A stretch of 45,516 nucleotides of DNA from Thecamonas trahens ATCC 50062 (lineage: Eukaryota > Protista > Apusomonadida): the NCBI RefSeq assembly GCF_000142905.1, contig NW_013657639.1, positions 161,255 to 206,770 of the forward strand, read 5' to 3'. The position numbers were made by a program, and so were the translations under genes. This document shows, piece by piece, positions 41,620-45,516 of the stretch (positions are counted from its first letter, which is position 1; every line of letters starts with the position of its first letter). The notes below the pieces were generated by a model that had not been told where the DNA came from, made no database searches, and was given only the letters and a program-made list of their open reading frames with translations.

Positions 41620-41776
41620 ATCATCATCATCCCCATCATCATCATCACCATCATCATCCCCATCATCCCCATCTCCATCATCCCCATCTCCATCATCCCC
41701 ATCTCCATCATCCCCATCTCCATCATCCCCATCTCCATCATCCCCATCTCCATCATCCCCATCTCCATCATCATCC
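41620..41776. repeat. (CAT)n-derived 15-bp tandem repeat (CCCCATCTCCATCAT), about 7 copies plus degenerate flanks
   Basis: Read directly; lies between the divergent SMP and fucosyltransferase genes. Confidence 0.92.
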
Positions 41777-41998
41777 TGCTTGGGAAGGTATGGCGAGGCC
41801 CGCAACGCAGGTGCCACACAATTGCAACGCTACGACTGGCCGACTGCGAGCACCCCACACCCCACGCCCACGGCCACACAGATAACCACACCTGACTGTC
41901 TCGCTCATACCTCGGTTGTGGGGGTGGGTGGCCGTGCTAGAACAGGGTGGGAGGGAGAGAGTGGCTGGCCTGGGGGCAGTTTGAGCAGGCCGTGGGGC

Positions 41999-43360
41999 AT
42001 GCGACGCCAGAGGTGGTTGGCGCTGCTGGCCCTTCTTGCTACTGCAGGAGTGGTCATGGTCATGATGGAGATACAGATGGATCAAGTGGTGGTGAGATCC
42101 CGATCGCCACGTGTGGCTCGGCTCTGCAGCTCGATGGCCGGCCGGCTGCGCGCTGTGATCTCCGACGCGCACTGCCCTATTGATCTGTTCCAGGCCACGG
42201 CTCACTATCCGGCACAGCTTGTACCGGCGACGGAGTTCCTTGTGCTACCGGACAAGGGAGCGAGCAGGTGGGCCGTAGTGAACCACCGCATCGATCGCGC
42301 TCGTAGCGTTATCAGCGCTTTAGAGGCAGCCCACGCCGGGTGCGGTGAGCCAAGGCCCGCCCTCACCGTCGCGTACTCGGCGTCATCGGGCTTGGTCTCG
42401 GACATCCGTGGGTACATCAACGGCTTGATGGAGAGCGCTGCGCGTGGATTGCCTTTGGCGGAATCGCGCAATGGCTGGATCTGGACGCCCGAGTGCGAGC
42501 TTGGCCTGGGGTGTGTGTTTGCGGGTACCGGGCCAATGCCCGATGGCCCGCACGGCCCGCTCCTCGCCGACACCTGCATATCGAACCAGTTTGTCACAGT
42601 GTTCAGCAACATGCTTGTGGCGCAGAGTCTGCCTCGCATACTGCATGGGCTCGAGCTGAATGTCAGTGACGAGCCTTCGTCCTCGCACTGGCTGCTGTAC
42701 CTGCGTAGCATGATGATGTTCTGGATTTGGCGGCCGGATGGCCACATCACAGACGCCGTCGATGCCTTTCTTGCCGAGAGCGGTGTCGGCGACTCATTTA
42801 TTGGCGTCCACATCCGTCACGGCGACGCGTGCAACGACGACGATGCCGCCTCTGAAGTGCGCTTTGACTCGCGCGTCTGCCTTGCTGTCGACATGTACCT
42901 CGACCGCGTCCACAAGCTTGTGGGTCGCTACCCTAGCGGCACCTTCTCGGGCATTGTCATTGTTTCGGACACTTTTGAGCTGAGAAAAATGCCAGAGGCC
43001 GCGCTGGAAGCGCACAGCCTCTCGCGGACAGGACGTCTGCCTGTTGCTCAGCTTCCAGCCTCGTTTGAGCTCTATGCATCGGCAACATTCATCGAGGAGC
43101 GGGCCAAGAACAACCTGGATACCGCCACAATCCGGACCATAGTCCATGAGGCAGTGATGGCAGTCGAGGTTCTGAGTCGGGCGAGCGCCTTTGTGGGCAC
43201 CCTCTCGTCGGCCATCTCGAGATCGTCGTTCGAAATGATGGTCGCCCGGCGAGCCGGCCGCGTGCCGCCGTTCATCTCGCTTGACCTCCCCTACTGTGAC
43301 TTTTTCGTCTCTCCCGAGGATTATGACCTTGATGATCGCGATCCGCAGCTCTGTTGGTGA
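41999..43360 (+). CDS. GT23 (FUT8/NodZ-like) alpha-1,6-fucosyltransferase-like type II membrane protein
   Basis: MRRQR followed by a TM anchor; motifs SGL.S, IGVHIRHGD (motif I), IVSD (motif II), VEVLSRASAFVGTLSSAISR (motif III), FISLD..Y. Confidence 0.85.
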   Translation: MRRQRWLALLALLATAGVVMVMMEIQMDQVVVRSRSPRVARLCSSMAGRLRAVISDAHCPIDLFQATAHYPAQLVPATEFLVLPDKGASRWAVVNHRIDRARSVISALEAAHAGCGEPRPALTVAYSASSGLVSDIRGYINGLMESAARGLPLAESRNGWIWTPECELGLGCVFAGTGPMPDGPHGPLLADTCISNQFVTVFSNMLVAQSLPRILHGLELNVSDEPSSSHWLLYLRSMMMFWIWRPDGHITDAVDAFLAESGVGDSFIGVHIRHGDACNDDDAASEVRFDSRVCLAVDMYLDRVHKLVGRYPSGTFSGIVIVSDTFELRKMPEAALEAHSLSRTGRLPVAQLPASFELYASATFIEERAKNNLDTATIRTIVHEAVMAVEVLSRASAFVGTLSSAISRSSFEMMVARRAGRVPPFISLDLPYCDFFVSPEDYDLDDRDPQLCW

Positions 43361-43476
43361 TTGGCTGGTCAGTCTGCACAGTGTATGACCAGACAGCTTG
43401 CTCCATGCGCTTGTGGCTGCCTGTGTGTATGATGTACGCTACAGAAGGGGGGGGGAACTGTAATAGAGAGCTCGAT

Positions 43477-44592
43477 CTACACCGTCTCCACAGTGGTCGC
43501 AAAGATGATGTCGTTTGTGATGTTGTCGTAGACAGCGAAAACAAACGGCCGATCGGCCACAAAGTCGATGTTCTGGGGAATGCAGCGCGAGAGAACGGCA
43601 GTGGTAGCGGCACCGGCCTTGGTGCCGGCCTCATCCACCTCGATGACGACGTCATGGGTAAAGGCCGTGACACTGATCTGGTCATCAGTGAGGGTGGAAA
43701 AGTCAGCAGAGGTGAGCGAGAAGATGTCGTTGACGCCAGCCTCATTGAGGGCGGGAATGAGATTGGTCGAGGCGGAGACCTTGAACTTGGGGATGGAGGC
43801 CGTGATCTTGTACATACCCTGATGAAACTCGTCCGGAGTCACGCTCGTCTCCTGGCCGACACCATCGAGCACAATCATCTGTGCTAGGGCCTTGGCCCCC
43901 ATAGCCGTCTCGTCAACCTTGGGCAAGAAGAACAGGCCGGAGAACGAGCCCGTGTTGCCGTACGGCAGCGAGATGCCTAGGTATGCATCATTGTTGGCGA
44001 CCTTGATGCCCGGCAGACCTGCCCCGAACACGTGGTGCATCATCTGGCACGGGATGGCTCCGTTGCTGGCCTTGAACGAGCCCTCGGCCGTCTTGGACGC
44101 ATCAAACGGGTAGCGCCAGGTGGCCTTGAGCGCCTTGAGCGCCGAGAGGATGGCAACCACGTTGTCATCGATCGTCTTCACAATCGATGTCACCATGCCA
44201 TCTGTCTCCTGGGCAGCCCACTCGTTGACCGCGTCCGCGCTCTCCGGCATGGGCATCAGCGTAACGCCCGGAACGTTGGCCTGGAAATCGGGCTTGGGCG
44301 TGCCTTTAAAAAACAGGCCGAGCGTCGACTTGATGACGACGTCCTCATCCGCCGCGCCGCGTCGGCTGGCCTCGACAAGCATGGACTCAAGGCTGGCGTC
44401 GGGGCACTTGTCATCCAGAATGGAAAGCATCTGCGCCCGCGAGGTAGAGTCCTTGCCGGTGGCAGCAGCCACCAGCAGGAGGCCGAGGTCCAAATTTTGC
44501 GGCGCGAGGCCGTTGAGAATTGGAGTCGTGTCGCTGGCGTTGATCACCACATGGGCAAAGCCATAAGTCATAACGTGGTGCTTGGAAGACAT
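43477..44592 (-). CDS. Serpin (intracellular, inhibitory-type hinge)
   Basis: VNEWAAQETDGMV, LKATW.YPFD...T...F, MM, LPY, IPKFKV, DIFS...ADFS, HDVVIEVDEAGTKAGAAT, FVADRPFVF. No signal peptide. Confidence 0.95.
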   Translation of the reverse strand: MSSKHHVMTYGFAHVVINASDTTPILNGLAPQNLDLGLLLVAAATGKDSTSRAQMLSILDDKCPDASLESMLVEASRRGAADEDVVIKSTLGLFFKGTPKPDFQANVPGVTLMPMPESADAVNEWAAQETDGMVTSIVKTIDDNVVAILSALKALKATWRYPFDASKTAEGSFKASNGAIPCQMMHHVFGAGLPGIKVANNDAYLGISLPYGNTGSFSGLFFLPKVDETAMGAKALAQMIVLDGVGQETSVTPDEFHQGMYKITASIPKFKVSASTNLIPALNEAGVNDIFSLTSADFSTLTDDQISVTAFTHDVVIEVDEAGTKAGAATTAVLSRCIPQNIDFVADRPFVFAVYDNITNDIIFATTVETV

Positions 44593-45516
44593 GCTTGCGC
44601 GTTGTAGTCGTTGGGGAGAGAAGTGACGTGCTATTCGCTACGGTTCTCTGCCTAGTTGCCGGGAGAGGGTCTCTTTGGTTTGTGTATGTTTTCGCAAACG
44701 CGTGAATTGTTTTTCACAACGCAATTGACACATGCGACACAGTCCAGGGAGAGAGGCAGATGGGAAGTGGCCATGGTTCCCATGCTTGGTGAGCTCTACA
44801 CACGCTACATTAGTGCGCCATGCTCGCCGTACACCGTCTGTCTGCATGGTTGCTCGCTGATCACATTGCCGACCTTTAGCCTCGTTGCCTGTTGGTCAGG
44901 GAGAAACAGCGCACTCTAAGCGCCGACTGGTGTAGGCTGTCACAGGACGTGGCAATGGTGTTCTAGAACGACGATGGGGTGTTAGGGCATGCACCAGCGT
45001 CGGTAGCACTTCCACCGGCCAGGTTGGATGAGGCAGGACACATCTGGACGGGTTGTGATGGCTTATGCCTGGGAACACTGGGTCACGACGTAGCCTCTGC
45101 CATGGCGTCTCCAACCAGCAACCGAGCCATACTGAGGAGCAAGCTGATCAGTGTGGGAATGGCTGACGCATGATGGCGAGGACGACTTAAGCCGCCAAGG
45201 TCAGTAAAAGTCAGAGCAGAGCGGCTGATTGACGCAGTTCTTCACCAAGGTCAGACGGTGTCGACGAGGGTGGGGCAGCAGGCGTCTCTGACACTTCATC
45301 AGTCTGCATGCGACCTAGGCAGGTCACGGCAATACTCCTCCCTCAGTGCAATCTAGACAGCGGAACAGTCGCTCTTCCAGCAACTGAGATCATTGATGTT
45401 GGTTGTAACCATGCCGATCAAAAGCGGCAGTCAAGCACGAGCTTGTAGAGCAGATCGTGCGGAGAGTAAGGGGGGCGGGACGGGGGGGGGGGGGGGGCGT
45501 CGCTCGTCGTACGGTC

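Noticed and set aside
41530-41891. Poly-DDGDG, EMGMM or SPSSP ORFs
   Set aside because: These are translations of a 15-bp intergenic tandem repeat; the fucosyltransferase has a good type II start at 41999.
44600-45516. Possible C/D snoRNA (TGATGA...CTGA on the - strand near 45250-45302) and peptide-like scraps (HDLLYKLVL, LFRCLDC)
   Set aside because: The terminal stem overlaps the D box, I see no recognisable rRNA-antisense element, and the frames are interrupted by stops. Not supportable without an Rfam or BLAST search.

Overview
A GC-rich, very gene-dense eukaryotic (protist) genomic window with short spliceosomal introns, CA/CT microsatellites and three N-gaps. Composition and the GTACG splice donors resemble an apusomonad such as Thecamonas trahens; this is inference and cannot be proven here. 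I can support 22 protein-coding genes, in order: a divergent ubiquitin-like/RPS27a fusion, a kinesin-3-type motor, a 4-EF-hand protein, a PB1 protein, a secreted aegerolysin/Cry34-like protein, a DD3-3-like membrane protein, a TOM1/GPR137-like 7TM protein, a Reeler-Ig-DOMON-cytochrome b561-like protein, a degenerate lipoxygenase, a 926-aa hSac2/PH-like repeat protein, COMMD5, an RS/KH protein, a membrane-anchored CotH kinase, NAXE, a CH + multi-LIM protein, an ankyrin protein, an ICMT/ERG24-fold membrane protein, the mRNA cap N7-methyltransferase, a type-B carboxylesterase, a START-CaaX protein, a TEX2/Nvj2-like SMP protein, a GT23 fucosyltransferase-like protein and a serpin (23 entries if the lower-confidence ICMT-fold call is counted). 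Four genes carry apparent -1 frameshifts, probably sequencing errors. I found no rRNA, tRNA, CRISPR array or transposon. I cannot demonstrate one coherent new multi-gene system. The best leads are individual genes: the FRRS1-like protein lacking one heme His, the pseudo-lipoxygenase, the aegerolysin-like protein, the CotH ecto-kinase, the non-canonical ubiquitin leader, the 926-aa protein with a duplicated unassigned domain, and overlapping or abutting convergent genes. All family calls are motif recognition by eye, not database searches.
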